NCBI GenBank assembly: GCA_963845755.1
Contig: CAWJTV010000011.1
Coordinates: forward strand, 128,001 to 192,000
Length of the DNA stretch: 64,000 bases
Reading direction: 5' to 3'
Source: an uncultured Planctomycetota bacterium
GTDB lineage: Bacteria; Planctomycetota; Planctomycetia; Isosphaerales; Isosphaeraceae
The first letter of the stretch is position 1. Every line of letters begins with the position of its first letter. Below the pieces are notes generated by a model. It did no database searches. It saw only the letters and a list, made by a program, of their open reading frames with translations, and had not been told where the DNA came from. A program made the translations under genes and the position numbers. Positions 53,499-64,000 of this stretch are shown here, one piece after another.

Positions 53499-56400
53499 AT
53501 GAGGCACACTCTCGTGTTGACTGGACTCAATCTGGACGACGTCCAACGCGCCTGGGAGTCACGAGACCTCGAGCTGACCAGGGTCGTCCTCGAACTGGCC
53601 GGCCAGCCCGACAAGCCGCCCGCCACGCCTCCGCGCGAGGGCGCGCCGACGTTCGCCAAGTTCGTGGCTGAACTACATGACCAGGCCTTCGCGCAAAACC
53701 CCCGAGGAGCAGAAGCACTATCGAGTCGAGGGGATGCAGGCGCTCGAATCGCCGACGGCCGAAGGTCCTCTTCCCGACCGGCTCCGGATTCATGTGATCA
53801 TCGCGGCGCTCTGGGAAGACAACGGTCCCTTCGCCCGGTCGTGCCTGCTTGAGATCATCGCCCAGGTGCCGTTGCGCTATGGTCCGTGGCGAGCGCTGAA
53901 GCGGATCTTCAAGGAGGCCGAGGCTCGCGACGACACCGAGGTCTTTGGGCGCTGGCGGCTAGAGTGGATTCGTCGCAGATCGCGCAGGAGATCACCGGCC
54001 GCACACTCGACTATCTCCGCCGTCGTGCCTGGCGATACCTGCGCCGAACGGGCCAATCCCGTCCCGCCTGTTACGCCGACGTGGCCGCCGACGTGCTGGC
54101 TCGCTACGAGGATACCACGCCCTGGCATAACACCTGGGTCGCCAACCACATTTTCTACCATGAGACGGGCGACTATACCACTTCGAACTTCCATCTCAAG
54201 AAGGGGCGGTCGGACCTGAACGACCGCGCGTTCGCCGCGCTCTGGCAGCGGAGCCCGCGCCCGCTGTTCGGCCTGCTGGAGCGCGCGCCGGAGCGACCGG
54301 GTCCGGCAGTTCGCCGCCGACTGTTTGAAGGCCGACTTCCGCGCCTCGCTCCGCGAGGTCGAGCCCGCCTGGGTGGCCCGGCTGGTGAGTGTGGGCAGCG
54401 GGCCGGCGGACGAGTTCGTCGTCTGGGTGCTGAACAATGTCCCGAAGTTCGAGCAGGGCGCGTTTCGTTCGCTCGGTCTGCACCAGGCGGTGCTCCGGCT
54501 GTTCGACTCCCCCTCGGACACGGCCGGAGCCTATGCCGCCGAGTACGCCCGCACCCACGCCCGCGACCTGCCGGTGGATGAACTCGTCCGCCTGGTGGAC
54601 AATCGCCATGGCGCCGTCCGCAAGCTCGCCGTCGACCTGATCCAGGAGCGTGACCCGCGCAAGAAGATCGGACTGGATGCCTGGGGCCGGCTGCTCGAAT
54701 CGACCCGTGGCCAGTCGTTGGCAGCGACGGCTCTTCGCAAGCACTTCAGCGCCCGCGAGCTCACGCCCGACTGGTTCCGCGAACGGCTGTTCACGCCGAA
54801 GCAGGATCCGTTCGGGCACGTCCAGAACCTGCTGCTCGAGATTCATCCGGCCGAATCGCTGGGGCCGGGTTACTTCGTCGGACTTATCGAGATGGCCCAT
54901 AAGCAGGAGGACTGGACTCCGAACCGCGTCTTCCAATTCACCCAGTTCATCAAGGAGCAGCTCGCGCGGTTCGACCTCAACGCGCTCGATCGCGACGTCC
55001 TCCGCCGTCTCTTCCTGAAATCGTCCGCCATGACGATCATCCCCTGGATCGAGGAGGGCCGGCTCAAGCCCCAGGTGCTGGGCCTCGACTTCCTCAAGGC
55101 CGTGGCGTTTCACCCCGACTGGGAAACCGACCCCTGGATCGTCGAGCTGCGCCGGAACGGCCCCGCCTGGGCGCGCGAGCTGACGTTCGACGAGGGCATG
55201 TCGGAGAAGGTCCTTGGCTGGCTGGGCGACGTCCGCCGGTTTGCGCCTTCGGATATGGGGTTTGCTTGGTTGTTGAAGTTGGCGGCTCGGGGCGAGCCGC
55301 GATATCACAACTTCGCCGTCGAGACGATGATCAAGGGTTTCACACCCGCCGACTTCGCACCGAGCGTCCCCGAAGCCGCCGCGGCGCCTGCTGCTGGGCC
55401 GGCGACGGTCGACCTCGGCGGCGCCTCGTTCCTGTTCACGGGCAAGCTGGCGACGATGCAGCGCAAGGAGGCCGAGGACAAGGTCCGTCGCGCGGGCGGC
55501 TCGGCGGCCTCGAGTGTGACCGCCAAGCTCCATTACCTCGTCATCGGCGATGAGGGCTCGCCGCTGTATGGTCACGGCAAGAAGGGCGCGAAGCAGCTCA
55601 AGGGCGAGGAGCTCAATGCCGCGGGCGCGAACATCCGGATCATCTCGGAGACCGCATTCCTGAAGATGCTCGCCGGTCATGCGCCACGGGCCTCTCAGGG
55701 CGACGCGCTCGCCGGCGCCGAGCGGCTCTGGGAGATGGCCATCGTCCCCGGCGCGGCCGACGCCCCGCTCGGCCGGTTCGCCATGAAGTTCATTCTTCGC
55801 CATCACCCCGACATCGCTCTGGCTCAGACCGATCGACCTGTCGATCCCGGTGCCGAGATCCCCGCTGAGTTCCTCGGCTTCGATCGAGTGAGACCCTTGT
55901 TCTCGGAGACCCGCAAACCGCTCCGCGACCTGGCGCTGGAGCTGGCTCGGTGGGAGTTCGCACGCTGGTCTCCATCGGCCGACGAGCTGGTCCTTCTGGC
56001 CGAGAATCCGCACGCGGATGTTCGCCGGTTCGTGGCCCAGTCGCTCCTGGCCGACGACGCGCCCGAGCATCGCCGATACCGGATCGACCTCGAGTCGCTC
56101 ACGTCTGCGGCGGTCTTCCGTTTCTGCGAGTCGGCTGACGAGTTCGACGCGCGCCCTGGGCATGCAGCTCATCGACCGATCGGCCCGGTTCCGGCAGCCC
56201 GAGGAACTCTTCCGCCTGACCGAGAGCCCCGATCGGAGGGTCCGCGGATTCGTGATCCGGACGCTCTGGTCGCTCTATCGCGACCGGGGAATCACCGAGG
56301 GCTGGAGGCCGTACGTCCCGCCCGCGACGACCGTGGGCGCGGCGGCGAAGAAGGCCGCGCAAGTTCAGGCCGACAGCCGGGGTCCTGGTCCTCCAGCCCG

Positions 56401-56743
56401 GCCCGAGCAGTTGCCCGCGAGCCTGCGCGACCTATGGGGCTTTCTGCGTCGCACCCTGTTCGAGATCCCCCCACCGCGCCCCGAGAAGCGCGACCCGGAA
56501 GCCGGGGAATCGGGCGAACGGCTCAAGCCGTTCCCGGCGCGGCGGGCGAAACTGGCGCTGGTCGAAACCCTGCGCGACCTGGCCCTCGAGGATGCCGACT
56601 TTGCTCGCGGTGCGCTGCCGATCCTCGAGGAGTTCATGGTCTCCCGGGGCGTGACGGAGAGAGCCGCGTGCCTGGTCGCCGTCACCCGGATTCGACATAC
56701 CCACGCCGTGCTCCGCCTCGCAAGCGAAGGAGGTGCCTCATGA
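53499..56743 (+). CDS. Helical-repeat protein with BRCT domain (several frameshifts)
   Basis: Joined ORFs 53499, 53677, 53886, 54325 and 56018; BRCT motif LGGASFLFTGKLATMQRKEAEDKVRRAGG..SSVTAKLHYLVIG..IISETAFLKML. Confidence 0.8.
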
Positions 56744-59700
56744 CCGCGCCGGCCGATAAGCACCTCACCTACCGTGGCGAGATCAAGGGAGCCGTCGGCG
56801 TCGGCGGCACGCTGGCGTTTGTCACCGTCCATCCCGAGGGTCAACCCACGGCCCTCTACCGGCTCGATGCGGACAAGCTGACGCTCGACACTGACCCGTT
56901 GCCGAGAGGCGGCACGACGATCACGGCCGTCGGCGAGAGCCTCTTCCTGGCCGGCGGTGATGGTCAGGTCTACGTGGGCTCGATCGCTTCGGGAGAGCCG
57001 AAACCGCTGGGCGCCGCCCTCGATATCCCGGCGACGGCCCTGGCTCCACTGGCCGATAGCCGATTGGCCGCCCTCGTTGGATCGCGCGTCGTCATCCTGG
57101 CCACCAAGAACGGCAAGTCGGTCCAGACGCTCGACCTGCCCGAGCCGGGGACATCGTTGGCGGCCGACGCGACAGGGCGCTGGCTGGCGGTCGGGACGGC
57201 GAAGGGGACTGTCCTGGTCTTCGACGCCGAGGACAAGCCTGAGTTTTTGCTGAGTGCTTCGGAGCGGCTGCACGAGGGTGCGGTCAGTGCGATCTTGTTC
57301 GAGCCGGACGAGCTGCGGTTTCTCTCGGCGGGGGCCGACCAGAAGCTCCTGTTGACCCACGCCCGCGGCAAGCTCGAGCCCGAGGACAAGGGGCGAGGCA
57401 ACAACCACACCGACGTCATCAAGGCGATGATCTGGGGGCCCGGCGATCGCCTCTACACGGGAGCCTTCGACGCCGCGATCAAGTCGTGGCCGCGGGTGGG
57501 CGCGATCAAGCCGGCGACGACCAAGGACGGGGTCGGCCGCGTCGTCGCCCTGGCGATGGTCCAGGTCCACGAGCGGCCCCGGCTTGTTGGGGCGTGCGAA
57601 GACCAGACGATCCGGGTTTTTCCGGTCGACGCGGCGGGCAAGATCGGCGAGCTGGCACACTGGGTTCGTGACGCTTACGCCCGGGCCAAGCACGAGCTGT
57701 CGCAGGACGATCCCACCCGTCGCGAGGAAGCCCTGAAAGCCCTCGCGGGTTACGCCGACACGCGCGCCCTGGGCCTGATCGCCGAGCAGGCCGACGCCGA
57801 CGCCGACCACGCGCTTCGCCTTCATGCGGCCGACCTCCTCGGCGCGTCCGGTCATGCCCGGGCCGCAACCCTGCTGGAGAAGCTACTCGGACATCGGGAC
57901 GAGGCGGTCCGCGTCTCGGCGTTCCGGGGACTACGCCGGCATCTCGGCGAGACCGACCTCCGCCCGATCGACCTGGCGCTGAAGGCGGATAAGCCCGACG
58001 TCGGCCGGCTGGCCGTGCAGGCTCTGGAAACTCTCGCGACGAAGGACGACCAGGCCCTGGCGCGGCTGACCGACGCCCTCAACGCCCGGGTGCCCGAGGT
58101 CCGCCTGGCGGCCGTGGTGAGCCTCGAATCGGCCGCGGACCCGCGATCGCCCGAGTCGAACCTGGCGGCGCTGACCTCGAAGCATGCCGATGTCCGCCGC
58201 TCCGCACTGCTGCGACTCTACCGGCGCGGGCTGCTCGGCGAGCCGGCCGTCCAGTCGGCGCTGCGGCGCCGGGCCGAGGACGCCGATCCCGATGTCCGCC
58301 GCACCGCGTTCTTGCTCGCAATCCACACCCGCGAGCGGCTGCTTCAGGCCCTTCGGTCGCGCGATCCCGACTTGCAGCGACAGCTCGTCGAGTTGGAGGA
58401 CACGGGTCATGGCGAGCCAGTAGGGCCAGATGTGCCGACCGATCGAGGTGCAGACGGCGCTCTGGTGCTCACAGAGCACCCTACGGGGTCGCAGAAAAAG
58501 AAGGCCAAGCCCGCCAAGACGACCTCCACCACGGCGGAGCCATCTCTCGAAGACTTCGACTTCGAGCCCTTGCTCCAGGCGACGGCCAGCCGGTGCTGGA
58601 CACCTGCCTCCGGGGGGCGCGAGGGCTGGCGATGCTGGGCGATCCGCGGGCGTTCGGCCTTCTACTCCAACTCAGCCGGGAAGAGGACAAGACGGCCCGC
58701 GCCGAGGTCTGCCGGGCGATGGCTGCGCTCGACGATCCGCGCGCGGCCGAGCGGCTCCGCTCGATGCTTCACGACCCGGAGCCCGAGGTCCGCGACGCCG
58801 CCTTCACCGCCATGGCCCGTCTCCACCAAGCCAGTCCCTTGGCAGCCGCCGAGTCGGGCCTGAACGCCTCGCATGAAGATGTACGCCGGCGCGGTCTCCA
58901 ACTCCTGGTCGAGCAGATCCGCAAGGCCAAGACCGGAGGTGCCGCCGGGCCGGCCCTGTCGCTGCTCTCGCGCGCCCTCAACGACAGCTTCCCGGCGGTC
59001 CGGTCCGAGGCGTTCAAGTCGGCGCTGGGCCTCCACGCGGGCGGCGCCGGCGCGGGCACTCTCCGGTTCGCCTTGCAGAGCGTTCATGCCGACGTTCGCC
59101 GGGAGGTCCTCACAGAGGTGATGGCCCAGGTGGGCGAGCCCTGGGGCTGGGACCTCCTGCTGGAGTTCTTCAACGATCCCGACCCGGCGCTGCGGGGCGA
59201 AACGTTCGAGTTTGCCCTCAAGAAGACCAGAGGGCTCGAGTTCCTCGAGGCGGCGCTCGCCTCACGATACCCCGACCTTCGCGAGCGGTCGGTCGCCGAG
59301 CTGGTCAAGAAGCACACCGCCGCGGCACAGGCGCTGCTGGTCCGGGCACTCGACGATGAGGACCCCGAGGTTCGACTTGCCGCGATGAAATCGCTGGTCG
59401 ATGCCGACGCCCTGCCTGCGCTGATGGAGGCCCTCGGAAACACGCATCCCGACGTGTGCCTCAGCGCGGCCAAGGCCTTCGCCCGTCATGGCGACTCCCG
59501 GCGGCTCGAGCCGCTCCTCGTCCTGGCAACGGCCCCGGAACCCTTGGAGCAAGAGCGTCGTGACGACTGGCTCAAGCAGGCCGAGTCGGCCCTGGACGGC
59601 TTGGGTGAGCTGGGCGATCCGGCCGCGTTGGCGCACGTGATCCCGCTCCTGGACAGTCCGCGGACGGCGATCCGCCTCCAGGCAGCTCGGGCCCTGGTCT

Positions 59701-62700
59701 GGGTGTCTCGGCCCGGAACCACCGACGCGCTGCGACAGGCGATCCAGCACGCCGACGTCGCCGTGAAGTACCACGCCGCCAAGGGCCTCGCCTTTACCGG
59801 CGATGGCTCGGTGGTCCCGCTCGTGTTTTCCGAGGCGGCCGGCAAGATCGTGAGCGTCGGCGAGCAGATCGCCGCCGCGCTGGCCGTCGGGGCCGCGGGC
59901 GAGGACAGGCTCGCCGTCTCTCTGGACGACACGAATGAGGACGTCCGCGACCGCGCCCTGGTCCTCTTGATGATGCTCGAATGGAAGGACCCGGACGGCA
60001 CGGCCGCGCGTTGCCTCGCCTGCCTGGCGAGCCGGACGCCCCGGATGCGCCTCACCGCCGCCCGAGCACTCGAAGCCCTGGTCGAGCCCGGCATCTTCGA
60101 GCCCTTCATTATCAGTCTGGTCAACGAACGGGGCGACAAGCCCGAATGGAAGATCGCGGCGCCGACCGTAAATGCCTTCGCCGAAATGCTCGTCCATGGC
60201 GACGCGCAGCTCCGGGCGCGCACGGCTCGGCTCTTTGCCCGGCTCAATGAGAAGGAACAGGCCGCCTTCGACCAGGCCTGGGCGGTACACGAGCAACGGT
60301 TTGCCCGCGAGCTCGCCGAGCTAATCCGTCAGGCCAAGGCACGGAATCCGGTCGCGCCGCGATACACGCGCGATCAACTCCGTGAGCTGGCCTTCGGGGC
60401 GTATGTCGGCTTAGTCCGCGAGCAGGGCAGCTCGAAAGGCAAGGGTCAATCCGGCACCGATCCGGCCATCGTGCGCGTCCGGCAGTCGGCGCTGGACCGT
60501 CTGCTCGCGCTGGCGGGCGCCGATGCACATCTCGCCGCCGCGTCGCGGCCGGTTTTCGTGCAGGCGCTCGGCGATCCGAACCAGGCTGTCCGGTTCCAGG
60601 CGTTCGAGCAGGTCCAGAAGATCGGGCTGGGAACAACGGAGCTGGCCGCCGAGGCGCTGGCCACCGGGCACGTCAACCTGGGCGTCAAGGGTCTGGAGTT
60701 GCTCGCCGGCGACCGTTCCGAGGCCGAAGGCGCGGCCGTGCTCGAACGGGCGATGCTGGCACGTACCGACGACCTGGCCATCGAGTCCGCCAAGCTGTTG
60801 ATCGCGCGTCGAGGGGCCGTGGCCGTGGCCAGCCGTGCTGTGGAGGCCACTCACCCACAACTCCGCAACCAGGCCGTCAACTGGCTTGCCGCCGAATACG
60901 ACAAGGACCCTGGCGCCGGGAAAGCGCTACGGTCGGCCCTGTCCTCGCGATATCAGGCCGTCCGTGAAGCGGCGGCGTTCGCGCTAGCCATCAAGAAGGA
61001 CCCCGCCGCTTTCGAGCCCCTGGTTGGGATCCTGGCCACCGCGTCCGTGGGGAGGCAACAACAACGTGTCATCCAGACGATGGAGACCCAGGGCGACCCG
61101 CGCGCCGGAGGGGTCTTCCTCGACCGGATCGAGAACGACCCGGCCGGGACGGCGATGGTCAACGAGCTGCTCAAGGGAGTCGGCCGGTTCCGGCGCCCCG
61201 AGACTGCCGATCGGTTGCTGAGTCACTGGGAGAAAGACACGAAACGACACGATGCCGTCTTCAACGCCCTGGTGACGATCAGCGGCTACGATCAACGGAT
61301 CGAGGACACCGAGGACGAGCAGCCCGAATCCTTCTGGCTAGAGAAGCAATTCCCTCGTCATGACGATGTGCTCGCCCGGTTGATGGACCGGGTCTCGGCG
61401 CCGGCCGAAGCCAAGTTCCTGGCCCGGCTGATTCCCGGGGCCCGCTGGGCGCGCGGCAAGCCGGTCGATCCCGTCCTGTCGGGTTTGATCAACCACGCCA
61501 ATGACGAGGTCCGGCAGAAAGCCGTCGAGGCCATCGGCTGGCGGCTTCGCAAGCGCGGGAGCGAGGCCGAGCCTCTGAAGAAGGCCCTCGCGCATCGCGA
61601 CACGATTACCCAGTTCCTCGCCGCCGAGGCGCTGGCCAAGGCCGGCCGCGGCGATGGGATGAACGTGTTGCTGGCGAGCATCGACTTCGCCACCGACCTG
61701 GATATTCGCCGCCGTGCCGTGCTCGCCCTTGGCGAGTTGGCCGACGAGCGGGCGCTGGACGTGCTTCTCAAGCTTGCCGGCGAGGATGGCCACGCGCTCC
61801 AGGAGCAGGCCCTCGAGGCCATCGGCCATCTGGGTCGCTCTCAGCGGGCCGACGAAGTGTTCAAGGTCCTGGAGCGGCACGCGAAGGGAACCGCCGGCAT
61901 AGCATGGCGGGCCCTCAACGGCCTGCGCTGGCTCAACACGCGGGCGGCGTGGGAGGTCATCCGGGCACGGACGTCCGACCCATCGTGTCCGTTCTGGGAA
62001 GAATCCGTCAGTCTGCTGGGCTACAACAACGATCCGGCTACCCGCGACTTGCTGCTCCGTTTGCTCGCCAAGGAGGCCGATGTGGTCGAGGCGGCAATGG
62101 CGGCCGCTCGCCGTCTCTGGGGCCAGGACTCGCTCGAGCCGGATTACGCGGTAGTCCAGAACGAAGACCTGGATCATCTGGATGATCACGAGAAGATACT
62201 GGCCCGGCTCCGCGACCGGGGCGAGCCGCGGCGCATCTTCGAGATCCTCCCGAAGTGTCCCGCCCCGGTGCGCGCGACGCTCGCCACCGGACTGTTGAAT
62301 CGGGCCGAGCCGCCCGTGGCCGAGGCGCTAGCCGCGCTCGACAGCCCGGACCCGACCACCGCCGGGACGGCAGCCCACATCCTGGGCCGAGCCGGCGCCG
62401 GACGGCCGAGGCCGGGCCGGCGGTGATCAATGCGCTGGTGAAGTGGCGAAAGCTCTGGGAGGAACAACGGCCGTCGTTCGACCGGAGCGTCGCCGGCCTG
62501 ATCCGCCGGAAGAACGAACAGGCCGACGGGCTCACCGCGTGCGTCCGGGATCTGGTCTGGGCGGCGGGCCGGCTGGGCGTTGGCACCGAGTCCCTGGCGG
62601 AGGCCGCCACCGCGCGGCCGGACGACGACGAGTATCAGCCGATCCGCCTGGCCGCCGTCCTGGCCCTCGGCTCGGCCACGATGTCCCCGGGCGCGATTGC

Positions 62701-63172
62701 GGCCCTGGAGTCGGCCGCGTTCACGGGCGCCCCCGAGATCCGCGCCGCCGCCGCGCAGGCCATCGCCCGGCGCGACCCCGAGCGGGCCGCCAGGCTCGCT
62801 GACCAGTTCCTGTCCGATCGCGTCGGCTTCCACCGGCTCACGCTCGACGGCGCGAGGGACCTCGAGGAGACGCTCCGAACTGCCGCGCGCCAGGTCCATT
62901 ATCAAGGCATCGTCCTCCCGGGCCTGATCGATCGCGGCGACGTCTCGGCGCTGGCCGTCGTGGCCGAGGATCGCGCGCTGCCCGAGGCCGCGCGGCTGGG
63001 GGCCGTCGAGGGGCTGGCCGCGATGGCCCGGGAGCCGGCCGAAGACGTACTTCGCAGGGTCGGGATGAGCACCGTCGAAGACGAGGAATTGCGCAAAGCC
63101 GCCTGGCGCGGGCTCCGCCGCTCGAAGCGGGCGCGGAAGACCCGGGCGACGAAGGTCGAGGTGAAGTCATGA
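56740..63172 (+). CDS. Very large WD40 beta-propeller plus HEAT/ARM-repeat protein (two frameshifts)
   Basis: GGAGG RBS and ATGA overlap; WD40 motifs (WLAVGTAKGTVLVFD, HEGAVSAILF, FLSAGADQKL, YTGAFDAAIKSW); then many HEAT repeats (DPEPEVRDAA, DEDPEVRLAA). Confidence 0.85.
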
Positions 63173-64000
63173 GCCCTGCCGACGAGACTCGCGAAGAGAC
63201 TCAGGAGCCGGCCGCAGCCGAGATCGCGACGACCGAGGTCCGCATGGCCTATGCCGGGATGAGCACGCTGGTCGCCACCGAGGAGACCGCGGGCTGACCC
63301 TGGCGAGCAATCTCCGCCGCGACCCAGTGCGGTTCGAGGCCACCATCAAGGAGCCGCTTCGGTTCCGCGAGGCGATGGCCGCGCTCTACGCGGTTGTGGC
63401 CAGCGACTTCCGCTATGTGCCCAAGGACCGGACCGCCTATGTGGCCTACAGCCGGATGCGCCGGGAGTCGTCGAGCCTGAATGCTTGGCAGGCCCAGCGC
63501 GCCTATTTCTCCTGGCTGCTGCGCAACGACCCATTGGCGTTTGTAATCCTCGACCCCGTGATCACGGTTCATCCGGATCAGGTCCTTTTCGAGGTCTTCA
63601 GCAAGGATGAGGGAGCCTATGCGAAGTTGGGCGTGGATCGCGACGCCTTCGACCACGCCGAGACGCCGGCCTTCGGCACGACGAACGTGGACTTCAGCCA
63701 GTCGCTCTATCAGGGCTTGCAGCAGATGCGGAGCTACCGCGAGACCCGGCTGAGCATCGGCCAGGAGGGCGTGAAGTTCGCCACGACTACCGCGGGCGAG
63801 GTCCTGGAGAAGCGGATCCGCGTGCCCGACTCATGGCTGCGCGGCTTCCTCCAGGTCCAGTCGTCGGCCGCGCTGCCGCGCGACCGGTTCGACCTGGCGC
63901 CGGTGGACTTGTACAACGCCCTGCGCCACCTGCGGCTGAACGCCGATCGCAAGGGCCAGCGGCGGGGTTTGCGGATCGAGCTGGTCCCGGGCGAGCCGCC
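63169..64000 (+). CDS. SWIM zinc-finger-family protein, N-terminal part (frameshift near 63295; runs off window)
   Basis: ATGA overlap; NLRRDPVRF..PLRFREAMAALY..LDPVITVHPDQVLFEVFSKDE..GTTNVDFS..VPDSWLRGFLQVQS, recognised as the N-terminus of that family. The SWIM motif itself is not in the window. Confidence 0.65.

Noticed and set aside
54325..58863. 1512-aa BRCT-WD40 fusion ORF from the track
   Set aside because: Artefact of a frameshift near 56145; the proper C-terminus is in ORF 56018-56743, and a separate RBS and ATG lie at 56740.
2466..62610. Long antisense or overlapping ORFs (e.g. 6301-7788, 14748-16004, 19524-20843, 54196-56172)
   Set aside because: Shadow ORFs expected from high-GC codon bias opposite well-supported genes; no recognisable motifs.
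1316..64000. Widespread pseudogenisation suggested by about 30 frameshifts
   Set aside because: Breaks are single-base shifts with conserved sequence on both sides and hit housekeeping genes (rsmH, M32) as much as accessory genes; long-read indel error is the simpler explanation.

Overview
High-GC chromosomal window, most likely from a planctomycete (DUF1501 gene, PEP-CTERM protein, planctomycete-type export motif; Isosphaeraceae-like by inference). Many single-base frameshifts, even in rsmH, point to long-read indel errors, so split ORFs are joined below. Four blocks. (1) 1-9.7 kb: housekeeping and envelope genes (DUF1501, ankyrin, rsmH-LysM, hydrolase, ABC transporter). (2) ~10.4-40.4 kb: a co-oriented virion-morphogenesis cluster (regulator, papain-like protease with holin-like proteins, portal, glycosyltransferase, scaffold, major capsid, neck, fibres, tail tube, G/GT chaperone with a CCCAAAA -1 slip site, short tape measure, hub, tip). 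It has no integrase, replication genes or intact terminase, only an eroded TerL C-terminal remnant. It is a candidate domesticated, GTA-like or decaying element. (3) 40.5-52.5 kb: miscellaneous genes (pentapeptide repeat, sigma-70, PEP-CTERM, M32 carboxypeptidase, acyltransferase, glycoside-hydrolase-like). (4) 52.6-64 kb: two tandem, structurally covarying retron-like msr-msd ncRNA units directly upstream of a BRCT / WD40-HEAT / SWIM-family operon, resembling type XIII (Mx162-like) retron systems. The expected reverse transcriptase is not inside the window. All family assignments are by eye; no searches were run.
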